Shown here: positions 45,440 to 55,305 of the stretch, one piece after another
Numbering within the stretch: position 1 is the stretch's first letter
How the letters are laid out: the number at the start of each line of letters is the position of its first letter
Source of the DNA: Sandarakinorhabdus sp.
GTDB lineage: Bacteria; Pseudomonadota; Alphaproteobacteria; Sphingomonadales; Sphingomonadaceae
Direction: 5' to 3'
DNA: 64,000 nt
Assembly: GCF_040398665.1 (NCBI RefSeq)
Contig: NZ_JBBATQ010000006.1
Location: 104,665 to 168,664, forward strand
Made by a program: the position numbers and the translations under genes
Notes under the pieces: model-generated
Database searches by the model: none
What the model saw: the letters and a program-made list of their open reading frames with translations, nothing else
Told to the model about the DNA's origin: nothing

Positions 45440-46102
45440 ATGCGCGTTATCTTGCTCACTGCCGTCCTGCTTGCCGCCCCTGCCGCCGCGCAGGATGTGC
45501 AGAGCTGGAACACGCTGCTGGTGCAGGGGCCGGTGGATGGCAAGCTGTTGCTGTGGGCCGAAGCGCAGACACGGTTGAGCAACGATCTCGATCGCGTCGG
45601 CACGGTCATCGGGCGCGTCGGGCTGGGCGTGCGCACGAAAAACGACATCGATTTTCACGCCGGCTATCAATATCAGCACAACAATCCGGCGCCCGGGATC
45701 AGCAGCGACGAACATCGGTTCTGGCAGCAGGTGATGGGGCCCGTGTTACGGCGGCAGAATGGCTTTGCGCTGATCACGCGCTGGCGGCTGGAAGAACGCA
45801 CGTTCGAAGGTGCACAGGATACGGGTTTGCGGCTGCGCGTGTTCTGGCGTGTGCAGATGCCGTTGCACGGGCGGGGTACCGCCGGGCCGCTGTTGATCAG
45901 CGAGACGTTCGTGGCATTGAACAGCACGGATTGGGGCGCGCGCGGCGGCTTTGATCAGCAGCGCACGTTCTTTGGCTGGCTACAGCCGCTGAGCAAGCGT
46001 TTGAATTTGGAAACGGGCTATATGCTTCAGCACCTGAACCGGCCGGGCAACAATCCCAACAATCATGTGATCAACCTGACGCTGAACCGCCGGCTGGGAT
46101 GA
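45440..46102 (+). CDS. DUF2490-like exported (outer-membrane?) protein
   Basis: Signal peptide MRVILLTAVLLAAPAAAQD, EHRFWQQ motif and a beta-rich alternating pattern. Family call recalled from memory. Confidence 0.5.
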   Translation: MRVILLTAVLLAAPAAAQDVQSWNTLLVQGPVDGKLLLWAEAQTRLSNDLDRVGTVIGRVGLGVRTKNDIDFHAGYQYQHNNPAPGISSDEHRFWQQVMGPVLRRQNGFALITRWRLEERTFEGAQDTGLRLRVFWRVQMPLHGRGTAGPLLISETFVALNSTDWGARGGFDQQRTFFGWLQPLSKRLNLETGYMLQHLNRPGNNPNNHVINLTLNRRLG

Positions 46103-46127
46103 GCCCGGCCGGCGGCAGCGCAGTCGT

Positions 46128-46499
46128 TCAGCCCTTGAGCGTCTTCAGGTAAGCAATCACGTCCTTGCGCTTCTTGGCATCCGGGATGCCGGCAAAGGCC
46201 ATCCGCGTGCCCTTCACAAAAGCCTGCGGCTTGGTGAGATAGGTGTCGAGATTGGCTTCGGTCCAAACCAGGTTCGCGCCCTTCATGGCCGGCGAATAAT
46301 TGAACTTGGCATAGGTGCCCGACTTGCGGCCGACGACACCGGCCAGCGACGGCCCGATGCGGTTCTGGCCGGCAACATTGCTGTGGCAGGTCTTGCACTG
46401 GGTGAACAGTTTCTCACCGGCAGCGGCATCCTGCGCGGCAGCCGGTGCGGCAGCCGCGATGGCAGCCAGCGCCGCCACAGTGATCATCATCGTCTTCAT
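46128..46499 (-). CDS. Class I cytochrome c (c2/c550-like)
   Basis: Signal peptide, heme motif CKTCH, distal Met context GTRMAFAG and C-terminal KDVIAYLKTL. Confidence 0.9.
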   Translation of the reverse strand: MKTMMITVAALAAIAAAAPAAAQDAAAGEKLFTQCKTCHSNVAGQNRIGPSLAGVVGRKSGTYAKFNYSPAMKGANLVWTEANLDTYLTKPQAFVKGTRMAFAGIPDAKKRKDVIAYLKTLKG

Positions 46500-46519
46500 T
46501 CGTCTCTCTCCCTGGCAAT

Positions 46520-46972
46520 TCAGTGTGTATGGCCGCCGGCGGCGGGTTCGGTCTTGAATTCAACGTCCACCGGCCCGGCGTTTTCAAACAGCAACCGGGC
46601 CTTCATCATTGCACCATCGCGCATCGGCGCTTTCAGGCCGATGAACATCACATGCAGGCCGCCGGGGGCGAAGCTGACGGTGGCCCCTGCCGGCACCGGC
46701 ACCCCGCCGGATACGCTGCGCATCTGCATCACATTGCCCTTTGCCACCGTGCCGTGCAGATCGGCACGATTGGACCCGGCGGTGATGACGGAGACCAGAC
46801 GGTCCGCCGCCGTGCCGCGATTGGTGATGGCCATGAAGCCCGCGCCGGTTTTGGACACCGGACTGGCCACACGGAGCACCGGGTGATCGATGCGCAACTG
46901 CCCCACCTTGTATTCATGCGCATCAGCGGAAGCGGCCATGGCAAGTGCCGCTGCCAAAATCAACTGTTTCAT
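46520..46972 (-). CDS. Periplasmic copper chaperone PCu(A)C (DUF461)
   Basis: Start at MKQLILAAALAMAASADA. H-x10-M-x22-H-x-M pattern: RIDHPV...GFMAITN...DLHG...VMQMR. Confidence 0.75.
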   Translation of the reverse strand: MKQLILAAALAMAASADAHEYKVGQLRIDHPVLRVASPVSKTGAGFMAITNRGTAADRLVSVITAGSNRADLHGTVAKGNVMQMRSVSGGVPVPAGATVSFAPGGLHVMFIGLKAPMRDGAMMKARLLFENAGPVDVEFKTEPAAGGHTH

Positions 46973-47039
46973 GCGTGGCTCCTGACGTGGAGACGGCAAA
47001 TTGGCCTGCGGCACGATGGCCCGGCCGGATTGCAGCGGA

Positions 47040-47378
47040 TCAGGTGCGCGGGGGGCCCTGGCCGGGCGGGCGGGCGCGGTGGCGGCGCATGGCGGCCCGC
47101 GCCGCATGGGGCCAGGGTGCCGGCCGCAACGGCAAGGCCAGCAGCGGCAGCGCCAGCGCCGCCGACAGCAGCGCCGGGCCGATCGCCAGCGCATAATCAC
47201 ACGGCGAATCGCCATCGCCCGCAGGCTGCAACGGTTCGGCCGGCAGCGTGGTGCCGCTGCACAGGGTGAGCGCAAGGCCGCTGGCCACCGGCATCCAGCC
47301 CGCCGGCACCATCAGGCGCAGCACCAGCGCCGCCAGACAGGCAGCAAAGAGCAACAGACCGGGATGGCGACGCGACAC
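47040..47378 (-). CDS. Small membrane-anchored Cys-containing protein, DUF2946-like
   Basis: GTG start chosen (VSRRHPGLLLFAACLAALVLRLMVPAGWMP). Cys residues at LTLCSG and SPCDY, and high GC3. Sits immediately upstream of PCuAC. The family call is a recollection, and the longer ORF to 47489 is possible. Confidence 0.4.
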   Translation of the reverse strand: MSRRHPGLLLFAACLAALVLRLMVPAGWMPVASGLALTLCSGTTLPAEPLQPAGDGDSPCDYALAIGPALLSAALALPLLALPLRPAPWPHAARAAMRRHRARPPGQGPPRT

Positions 47379-47509
47379 GGCCTGCGCCTGCCACGCACAG
47401 GCTTCGCCGACAAGCCCCGTCGGTCGGCAATTTCGCGCGCGCAGCGTCTTGGCAGCGCAATACAGCGCAACTACATTCGGCCCGTTCAACCCAACCGAGG
47501 ATCTTCCCC

Positions 47510-48340
47510 ATGCCCAACCCCTGGCAGCACAGCCGCAGCAGCGGTTCCGCCGACGACATCGATTTCGAGATCAAGGGCCAGGAATTGCAGTTCGTGGAAA
47601 TCGAGCTGGACACCGGCGAAAGCGCGGTGGCCGAAGCCGGTGCCATGGTGTGGAAAGACGCGGCCATCGGCATGACCACGGTGTTCGGCGATGGCAGCGA
47701 TGGCGGCAGCAACGGCGGCTTCATGGGCAAATTGCTCGGGGCCGGCAAGCGGCTGGTGACCGGCGAAAGCCTGTTCACCACCGTGTTCACCCACAATGGC
47801 GGCGGCAAGGCGCGCGTGGCCTTTGCCTCGCCCACGCCGGGCGCGATCCTGCCGATCAAGCTCGACAGCCTGGGCGGCACGTTGATCTGCCAGAAGGATG
47901 CGTTTCTGGCGGCCGCGCGCGGCGTTTCCATCGGGATCGAATTCCAGCGCCGCATCATGACCGGCCTATTCGGCGGCGAAGGCTTCATCATGCAGCGGCT
48001 GGATGGCGACGGCTGGGTGTTCGTGCAGATGGGCGGCACCGTGGTGGAGCGCAGCCTGGCGCCGGGCGAAGTGCTGCATGTCGATACGGGCTGCCTGGCC
48101 GCCTACACCCCCAGCGTGCAATTCGATCTGGAAACCGTGGGCGGCGTGAAGAGCATGTTGTTCGGCGGTGAGGGCCTGTTCTATGCGCGGCTGACCGGGC
48201 CGGGCAAGGTGTGGATCCAGTCGCTGCCGTTCAGCCGGCTGGCCGGACGCATGTTGCAGGCTGCCGGCGGTCGCGGGCAGAATCGCGGCGAAGGCAGTCT
48301 GCTCGGCGAATTCGGCGATCTGATCGGCGGGAATCGATAA
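47510..48340 (+). CDS. AIM24/TIGR00266-family protein
   Basis: 276 aa. FEIKGQELQFVEIELD.GESAVAEAGAMVW...GESLF...F...GEGFIMQRL.G.G..F...GG...LAPGE.L.VDTGCL is the typical DUF124/AIM24 pattern, recalled from memory. Confidence 0.6.
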   Translation: MPNPWQHSRSSGSADDIDFEIKGQELQFVEIELDTGESAVAEAGAMVWKDAAIGMTTVFGDGSDGGSNGGFMGKLLGAGKRLVTGESLFTTVFTHNGGGKARVAFASPTPGAILPIKLDSLGGTLICQKDAFLAAARGVSIGIEFQRRIMTGLFGGEGFIMQRLDGDGWVFVQMGGTVVERSLAPGEVLHVDTGCLAAYTPSVQFDLETVGGVKSMLFGGEGLFYARLTGPGKVWIQSLPFSRLAGRMLQAAGGRGQNRGEGSLLGEFGDLIGGNR

Positions 48341-48378
48341 GGTTGACCGGACGGGCTGGCCACGCGCATTGATGCGGC

Positions 48379-48983
48379 GTGGCCAAGCTCTATTTCTATT
48401 ATGCCTCGATGAACGCCGGCAAATCGACGGTGCTGTTGCAGGCCAGCTTCAATTATCGCGAGCGCGGGATGAACACGCTGTTGTTCACCGCCGCCGTCGA
48501 TGATCGCGCCGGCACCGGCGTGATCGCCTCGCGCATCGGGCTCAGCGCGCCGGCGCAGGCCTTTGCCGGCGATACCGATCTGTTTGCCATCATCAGCGCT
48601 GCCCATGCAGCCACAACGCAGCATTGCGTGCTGGTCGACGAAGCGCAGTTCCTGACCGCCGCGCAGGTGTGGCAACTGGCGCGGGTGGCCGATGATCTGG
48701 GCATCCCGGTGCTCTGTTATGGCCTGCGCACCGATTTCCTGGGGGCGCTGTTCGAAGGCAGCCAGTGGCTGCTGGCGCTGGCCGACACGCTGAGCGAGCT
48801 GAAGGCGGTGTGCGATTGCGGGCGCAAGGCCACCATGAATTTGCGGATAGACGCGCGCGGCGGTGCGGTGACCACTGGCCAGCAGACCGAGATTGGTGGC
48901 AATGATCGTTATGTGGCGTTGTGCCGGCGGCATTTCGTTGCCGCGTTGAATGGGGCGGCGCCTGCAGATTTGGGAGAGGCAAG

Positions 48984-48987
<4 letters not shown>
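48379..48987 (+). CDS. tdk: Thymidine kinase
   Basis: GTG start. P-loop [16 protein letters not shown] and zinc-ribbon cysteines CDCGRKA...ALCRRH. Confidence 0.9.
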
Positions 48988-49472
<485 letters not shown>

Positions 49473-49494
49473 CCGCAAGAGGGGGACCCGCCAC

Positions 49495-50820
49495 ATGCAC
49501 AGCACGCTGCCCAATGATCTGGCGCAATGGTGGATGCCGTTCACCGACAATCGCCACTTCAAGGCCAACCCGCGCGTTCTGGTGGCCGCGCAGGACATGC
49601 ATTACACGGCCGGCGATGGCCGCCAGGTGCTGGATGGCTGTGCCGGGCTGTGGTGTGTGAACGCCGGCCATGGCCGTGATCGCATCGTGCGCGCCATCCA
49701 GCAACAGGCCGGCGATCTGGATTTCGCGCCGACCTTCCAGTTTGGCCACCCGCTGGCGTTTCAGCTCGCCAACCGGCTGGGCGCGCTCATGCCGCCGGGG
49801 CTGGACCGCATCTTTTTCACCAACAGCGGATCGGAAAGCGTCGATACCGCGCTGAAGATCGCGCTGGCCTATCACCGGGCGCGCGGGGACGGCCAGCGCA
49901 CGCGGTTGATCGGGCGCGAGCGCGGCTATCATGGTGTCGGCTTTGGCGGGATTTCGGTTGGCGGCATGGTCGCCAACCGCCGCACCTTCGGACCAGGGCT
50001 GGTGGGCGTGGATCATCTGCCGCACACCCATGACATGGCCCGCAATGCCTTTTCGCGCGGGCTGCCGGCGCATGGTGCCGAGCTGTCCGACCGGCTGGAG
50101 GCGATCGTGGCACTGCACGGCGCCGATACGATCGCGGCAGTGATCGTGGAACCGGTGGCCGGATCAACGGGCGTGCTGCCACCGCCCGTGGGTTATCTGG
50201 AGCGGCTGCGCGCGATCACGGCCAGGCACGGCATCCTGCTGATCTTTGACGAAGTGATCACGGCGTTTGGCCGGCTGGGCGCGGCCACGGCGTCGGAACG
50301 TTTTGGCGTGACCCCCGATCTGATCACCATGGCCAAGGGGCTGACCAACGCGTCGGTGCCGATGGGCGCGGTGGCGGCGGCGCGGCATGTCCATGATGCC
50401 ATTGTCGATGCGCCTGGCGATGTGCCGGGCATCGAATTGTTTCATGGCTACACCTATTCCGCGCACGCGCTGGCCTGCGCGGCCGGCATTGCCACGTTGG
50501 AGCTTTATGCCGACGACGGCCTGTTCGCCCGTGCGCGGGCGCTGGAGGCGCATTTCGAAACGGCCGTGCACCGGCTGGCCGATGCACCCCACGTGATCGA
50601 CATCCGCAATTTCGGACTGATGGCGGGCATCGAGCTTGCGGCGCGCGCCGGGGCACCGGGCGCGCGCGGCACCCAGATGCTGCGCACGTTGTTTGATGCC
50701 GGCCTGCTGGTGCGGGTGACCGGAGACACCATCGCCCTGTCGCCGCCGCTGATCGTCAGCGCGGACCAGATCGACGAGATGGTGACGATGATCGCCACTG
50801 CGTTGCAGGATCTGGCCTAG
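49495..50820 (+). CDS. Class III (omega) aminotransferase, beta-alanine/omega-amino-acid:pyruvate type
   Basis: GLWCVNAGHGR, FTNSGSESVDTALK, LIFDEVITAFGRLG and ITMAKGLTN (PLP Lys). Confidence 0.85.
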   Translation: MHSTLPNDLAQWWMPFTDNRHFKANPRVLVAAQDMHYTAGDGRQVLDGCAGLWCVNAGHGRDRIVRAIQQQAGDLDFAPTFQFGHPLAFQLANRLGALMPPGLDRIFFTNSGSESVDTALKIALAYHRARGDGQRTRLIGRERGYHGVGFGGISVGGMVANRRTFGPGLVGVDHLPHTHDMARNAFSRGLPAHGAELSDRLEAIVALHGADTIAAVIVEPVAGSTGVLPPPVGYLERLRAITARHGILLIFDEVITAFGRLGAATASERFGVTPDLITMAKGLTNASVPMGAVAAARHVHDAIVDAPGDVPGIELFHGYTYSAHALACAAGIATLELYADDGLFARARALEAHFETAVHRLADAPHVIDIRNFGLMAGIELAARAGAPGARGTQMLRTLFDAGLLVRVTGDTIALSPPLIVSADQIDEMVTMIATALQDLA

Positions 50821-50892
50821 AGTTGACTGACCATGTTGGCGCCTTCCCCCTTGCGGGGAGGGCGTTGAGCACTTCAACTTGAGCGCAATCGC
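50821..50892. repeat. REP-like nested hairpin element (copy C)
   Basis: Inner stem CGCCTTCCCC/GGGGAGGGCG (50840-50849/50855-50864, 9 of 10 bp) and outer stem AGTTGA/TCAACT (50821-26/50873-78). The tail ends in CAATCGC, as in copy A. Confidence 0.7.
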
Positions 50893-51012
50893 GCCTCGTC
50901 AACGCATTGCCCATTACACCTTTGTAATCTTTTTTGCGGCTAACCCTTGGCAAAGTGGGGGGTTGGCCCCTACATCGGCCGCGTACCGCCCGGATTCGGC
51001 GACAGGAGACGC

Positions 51013-52731
51013 ATGGCTGCCACCGATCTTGCCCAGATGGATCTCAACCGGTTGGTCTACCGCTGGTTGAAAGTGATCCTGTGGCCAGAGAAGAATTATT
51101 TCTGGCTGGCGATCATCTATGGCATCGGCATTTCCCTTCTGGGCTTGGCCGTGCCGATTTCGGTGCAGTTGCTGATCAACAGCCTGGCCAACACTGCCTT
51201 GCCGGTGCCATTGTTCACGCTGGCTGCGCTGTTGTTCGGTCTGCTGATCGTGTCGGGCCTGCTCAGCGTGCTGCGCATCCATCTGATGGAAATGTACCGC
51301 CGGCGCTTCATGGCGCGGCTGGTGGCCGATGTGACGATGCGGGCGATCAATGCTGCCGATCCCTTTTTTCAGGATGATCGGCGCATCGATCTGTTCAACC
51401 GCTATTTCGAACTGGTCAACATGCAAAAGGGGGTGCCGTCACTGTTGATCGGCGGCTTCACCATCATCTTGGGGATGATCGTCGGCTTCATCGTCACCGC
51501 CTTCTACCATCCGTTTTTCCTGGCCTTCAATCTGGTGCTGATCGGCCTGCTTTACATGGTGTGGGCGATCTGGTCGCGCGGCGCGATGAAGACCTCGATC
51601 GTGCTGAGCCACGAGAAATACAATGCTGCGCATTTCCTCGAAAATGTTGGCGCGTCCAACGGCTTCTACAAATCCTCGCGCCATATCGATTATGCCCTGA
51701 ACAAGGCGGAGCAGCTCACCGCCAATTATGTGAAGGCCCACGCCGCGCATTTCCGTTACCAGTTTCCGCAGACCATCGCCTTTTACTTCCTCTATGCCGC
51801 CGCCAGTGCCGGCCTGCTGGCGCTGGGCGGCTGGCTGGTCATCCAGGAACAATTGTCGATCGGGCAACTGGTGGCGGCCGAACTGATCCTGTCGGGCGTC
51901 TTTGCCGGCATGAACAGCCTCTATTCCTATCTTGACGACTGGTATGATCTGGTCGCGTCGATCGAGGAATTGTCGCTGCTCTATGGCCTGCAGCAGGAGC
52001 CGCTGGCGATGGCCAGTCTGTCGGCACCGGTGGGCGGTGCGCTGGGCATGAGCCGGGTGCGCTTCACCCTGCCGGTCGGGCCGGCCGAACTGAACCTGGA
52101 AATCCCGCAAGGCAGCCGATTCGTGTGCCAGGGCGTGCCGGGCATGGAGCGCGAATTCGCCGAACTGCTGAAGCGGCTGGAACGGCCGGAATCCGGGCTG
52201 ATCACGTTGGGCGGGGTGGATATCGCGCTGATGGACCCGCTGGGGCTACGGTCCGACATCATCGTGCTCGACCGCGCCACCATCGTCGAATCGACCATCG
52301 CCGATTATCTGCGGCTGGCCAATCCGGCCAAGAATGCCGGCGATCAGATGGCGGCGCTGCGGCTGGTTGGCCTGGAAGACCGGCTGGCGCTGCTGAGCGA
52401 TGGCATCCACACGAAATTGTCGACCACCGGCGCGCCCTTCACCACGGCCAAGATGATGCAGTTGAAGCTGGCAGCGGCGATCCTGTCGGAACCGCGCATC
52501 CTGGTGATGTCGCCCCTGTGCGACACCGTTTCGAGGCAGCGGCTGAAGGCCGTGATCGATCATTTCCAGGCCACCACCACCACCATCCTCTACTTCAGCA
52601 ACCGGCCCGAAGATCTGGTGCTGGATGGCTATCTGTGGCTCGGGCTCGACAGCCAGGTGATCAGCCGCCAGCGCAGCGAATTCGATGCCATTCGGGGCAG
52701 CGCCGGCCGGGAGACCGAAGATGGCGACTGA
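51013..52731 (+). CDS. ABC-exporter-fold protein: transmembrane domain plus fully degenerate (motif-less) nucleotide-binding-like domain
   Basis: AGGAG Shine-Dalgarno sequence 5 nt before the ATG at 51013. The TMD resembles HlyB/PrtD-type exporters. In the NBD-like part, Walker A becomes QGVPGMERE, signature becomes LSTTGAPF, Walker B becomes ILVMSP and the H-loop becomes YFSNRP. Confidence 0.75.
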   Translation: MAATDLAQMDLNRLVYRWLKVILWPEKNYFWLAIIYGIGISLLGLAVPISVQLLINSLANTALPVPLFTLAALLFGLLIVSGLLSVLRIHLMEMYRRRFMARLVADVTMRAINAADPFFQDDRRIDLFNRYFELVNMQKGVPSLLIGGFTIILGMIVGFIVTAFYHPFFLAFNLVLIGLLYMVWAIWSRGAMKTSIVLSHEKYNAAHFLENVGASNGFYKSSRHIDYALNKAEQLTANYVKAHAAHFRYQFPQTIAFYFLYAAASAGLLALGGWLVIQEQLSIGQLVAAELILSGVFAGMNSLYSYLDDWYDLVASIEELSLLYGLQQEPLAMASLSAPVGGALGMSRVRFTLPVGPAELNLEIPQGSRFVCQGVPGMEREFAELLKRLERPESGLITLGGVDIALMDPLGLRSDIIVLDRATIVESTIADYLRLANPAKNAGDQMAALRLVGLEDRLALLSDGIHTKLSTTGAPFTTAKMMQLKLAAAILSEPRILVMSPLCDTVSRQRLKAVIDHFQATTTTILYFSNRPEDLVLDGYLWLGLDSQVISRQRSEFDAIRGSAGRETEDGD

Positions 52732-53797
52732 GAAGGTGAAGCTGCCCGACGGGCATTTTCCGACGCTGCGCGGCCTCAATCCGCCGCCGGTGATGCAGTT
52801 GTTTGCCCGCATTCTGGTGTCCACGATCGTGATCGTGTTGCTGGTGGTCACGCTGGTGCCCTGGGTGCAGACCGCGCAAGGATCGGGCCAGGTGATCGCT
52901 TTTGATCCGCGCGACCGTCAGCAGAACATCACCGCGCTGGTGCAGGGTCGGCTGGCGCGCTGGTATGTGACCGATGGGGCGCGCGTGAAGGCCGGGGAAC
53001 CGATCGCACGGGTGATCGACATCGATCCCGATTATCTGGTGCGGCTGCGCGCCGAGCGCGGCCAGAAGCTTGCCGAGATGGCAGCGACCAGCGCGGCGAT
53101 GGCCACGGCACAGCGCGATGTCGCGCGCATGCAGACGCTCTATGCCGAGGGCCTGGCCGCACGGCGCGACATGGAATTGGCGCAGATCAAGGTGGCGGAT
53201 TATGCGGCCAAACTGGCGTCGTCGCGCGCCGAGATCAACAAGATCGATTCCAACCTGCGCCGCCAATCCGAACAGACCATCGTGGCGCCACGCGATGGCC
53301 GCATCATGCGGGTGACCAGTATCGACACGGCCACCATCGTCAAGCAAGGCGATGTGCTGGCCACCTTCGTGCCCGAAAATTCGCGCCGGGTGGTGGAACT
53401 CTATATCGATGGCCGCGATGTGCCGCTGATCACCGTCGGCCGGCGGGTGCGGCTGGAATTCGAAGGCTGGCCGGCGATCCAGTTTTCCGGCTGGCCATCG
53501 GTGGCCAAGGGCTTTTTCGATGGCCAGGTTGCGGCGATGGACCAGAATGCCTCTGCCAATGGCCTGTTCCGCATCCTGGTGGCGCAAAGCCCGGATCGCG
53601 GTGACTGGCCGGATGAACGATCGGTGCGGCTGGGCGCCAAGGTGCGCGGCTGGGTGCAGATGAACACGGTGCCGATCTGGTTCGAACTGTGGCGGGTGTT
53701 GAATGATTTCCCGTTGCAGTTCACCCGCCCCGGCGCATCACCGGCAGTGAACGGAGAAGCGCCTGAGGCCAAGGGTGGCAATGCCGCTGCCAAATAA
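52721..53797 (+). CDS. HlyD-family membrane-fusion (periplasmic adaptor) protein
   Basis: N-terminal TM helix FARILVSTIVIVLLVVTLV, a lipoyl-like hairpin (GRLARWYVTDGARVKAGEPIARV ... IVAPRDGRIMRV) and a coiled-coil segment. The start overlaps the ABC stop by 11 nt. Confidence 0.8.
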   Translation: MATEKVKLPDGHFPTLRGLNPPPVMQLFARILVSTIVIVLLVVTLVPWVQTAQGSGQVIAFDPRDRQQNITALVQGRLARWYVTDGARVKAGEPIARVIDIDPDYLVRLRAERGQKLAEMAATSAAMATAQRDVARMQTLYAEGLAARRDMELAQIKVADYAAKLASSRAEINKIDSNLRRQSEQTIVAPRDGRIMRVTSIDTATIVKQGDVLATFVPENSRRVVELYIDGRDVPLITVGRRVRLEFEGWPAIQFSGWPSVAKGFFDGQVAAMDQNASANGLFRILVAQSPDRGDWPDERSVRLGAKVRGWVQMNTVPIWFELWRVLNDFPLQFTRPGASPAVNGEAPEAKGGNAAAK

Positions 53798-55262
53798 GCT
53801 GCTGTTGCTGGCGTTGTTGCTGCCAGCGCTGGCCGCGGCGCAACCCGCCGCGCAATCCATCGCGCCGGGCCGCCGTGCGCTGGAGGCGGACGCGCGCGCC
53901 GCCGCCCAACCGCTGCCAGCGACCATCACGCCCCTGCAGTTGAACGAGGTCCTGGCCGCCAGCCGCTTTCATGCGCCGCAGGTGCTGGAGGCGCTGGCCA
54001 GGGTGCGCGGCGCCGAAGGCCGGCTGTTGAGCGCGGATGGCGCCTTCGACACATTGTTCAACGCCAGCATCGATACGCGGCCGACCGGATTCTATACCGG
54101 TGCCGAGGCCAGCACCCGATTGATGCAGCCGCTGGCCAATAACGGCGGCAATATCTATGGCGGCTATGATGTCTCGCGGGGCAGCTTTCCCAGCTATCAG
54201 GCCGGCAACAACACGACCCAGCTTGGCCGCTTGACGGTCGGCACCCTGTTTTCCCTGCTGCGCGATCGCGACATCGACGATCGGCGCTTCAACCGCGCGG
54301 TTGCCGGTGCCGATATTGCCCTGGCCGATACCGACCGGCTGCTGGTGGCGATCGGGGTTCAGGCACGGGCGATTGCCGCCTGGAACAACTGGGTGATTGC
54401 CGGGCAGCGCGTGAAAGTGTTCAAGGATCTGCTGCAACTGGCACTCGACCGGCAGGGCGGCTTCAAGCGGCAGGTGGCCGAAGGCTTGCGGCCGGCGATC
54501 CTGCTGACGGAGAACGAACAGAATATCCTGCGCCGGCAAATATTGGTGGTGCAGGCCGAACAGGTGCTGCAGCAGACAGCGGTGGCCTTGTCGTTGTTCT
54601 GGCGGGATGCCGATGGCAACCCGGTGGTGCCAGGGACGGATCGACTGCCGTCGCAGTTGGGCGCGCCGATCCCGTTGTCCGAAGATGTCATGGTGGCGCT
54701 GGAAAATCGCCCCGATCTGAAACTGGTGGATGTGCGCATCGCCGTGGCCCGGCAGCGCCTGGCTCTGGACCGCAACAATTTCCTGCCCAGGCTCGATCTG
54801 AAAGCTGAAGTGAACCAGTATGTTGGCGCTGTAGGGGCGGGCGGAAACCCCTATAGCGGCACCGAAAGCAAGGTGGGCGTGACCTTGTCGGTGCCGATCC
54901 AGCAACGTGTCGCTCGGGGTCGGCTGGACCAGACGCGCGCCGACATCGATGCCTTTCAACAGCGCAGGCGCTTCATCGAGGATCAGATCCGCGTCGAGAT
55001 CGGCAGTCTGTCGATCGCGGCGCGGCAATCGATGCGACTGCTGGGCATCGCCATCGATGAACAGGATCGCGCCCAGTTGATGGCCAATGCCGAGCGCCGA
55101 CGCTTTCAGGAAGGCGCATCGGATTTCTTCGTGGTCAATATCCGCGAGGAGGCCGCGGCCGATGCGCAGGTGCGCCGGCTGGACGCCGCATTCCGGCAGA
55201 TCGTCGCCCATGCCGATCTGGCGGCCGCCACGGCCGATCTGAAGCTGCTCGGGCTCGATTGA
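53781..55262 (+). CDS. TolC-family outer-membrane efflux protein
   Basis: Signal peptide MPLPNKLLLLALLLPALAAAQP and a two-repeat OEP architecture. Overlaps the adaptor gene by 17 nt. A GTG at 53775 is also possible. Confidence 0.8.
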   Translation: MPLPNKLLLLALLLPALAAAQPAAQSIAPGRRALEADARAAAQPLPATITPLQLNEVLAASRFHAPQVLEALARVRGAEGRLLSADGAFDTLFNASIDTRPTGFYTGAEASTRLMQPLANNGGNIYGGYDVSRGSFPSYQAGNNTTQLGRLTVGTLFSLLRDRDIDDRRFNRAVAGADIALADTDRLLVAIGVQARAIAAWNNWVIAGQRVKVFKDLLQLALDRQGGFKRQVAEGLRPAILLTENEQNILRRQILVVQAEQVLQQTAVALSLFWRDADGNPVVPGTDRLPSQLGAPIPLSEDVMVALENRPDLKLVDVRIAVARQRLALDRNNFLPRLDLKAEVNQYVGAVGAGGNPYSGTESKVGVTLSVPIQQRVARGRLDQTRADIDAFQQRRRFIEDQIRVEIGSLSIAARQSMRLLGIAIDEQDRAQLMANAERRRFQEGASDFFVVNIREEAAADAQVRRLDAAFRQIVAHADLAAATADLKLLGLD

Positions 55263-55305
55263 CGCGCCAGCTTGCAAGCACCCCCTCGTTTGTTAAGGGG
55301 GGCAG

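Noticed and set aside
51439-55277. Minus-strand ORFs 51439-52110, 52661-53587 and 53721-55277 within the ABC-MFP-TolC operon
   Set aside because: These are antisense shadows with no recognisable domains. The plus-strand genes have signal or TM features, family patterns and coupled starts.
55263-55305. Possible riboswitch (for example cobalamin) ahead of the TonB-dependent receptor
   Set aside because: The gap is only 43 nt, far too short for a riboswitch aptamer. The receptor is more likely co-transcribed with the upstream operon or driven by a promoter within it.
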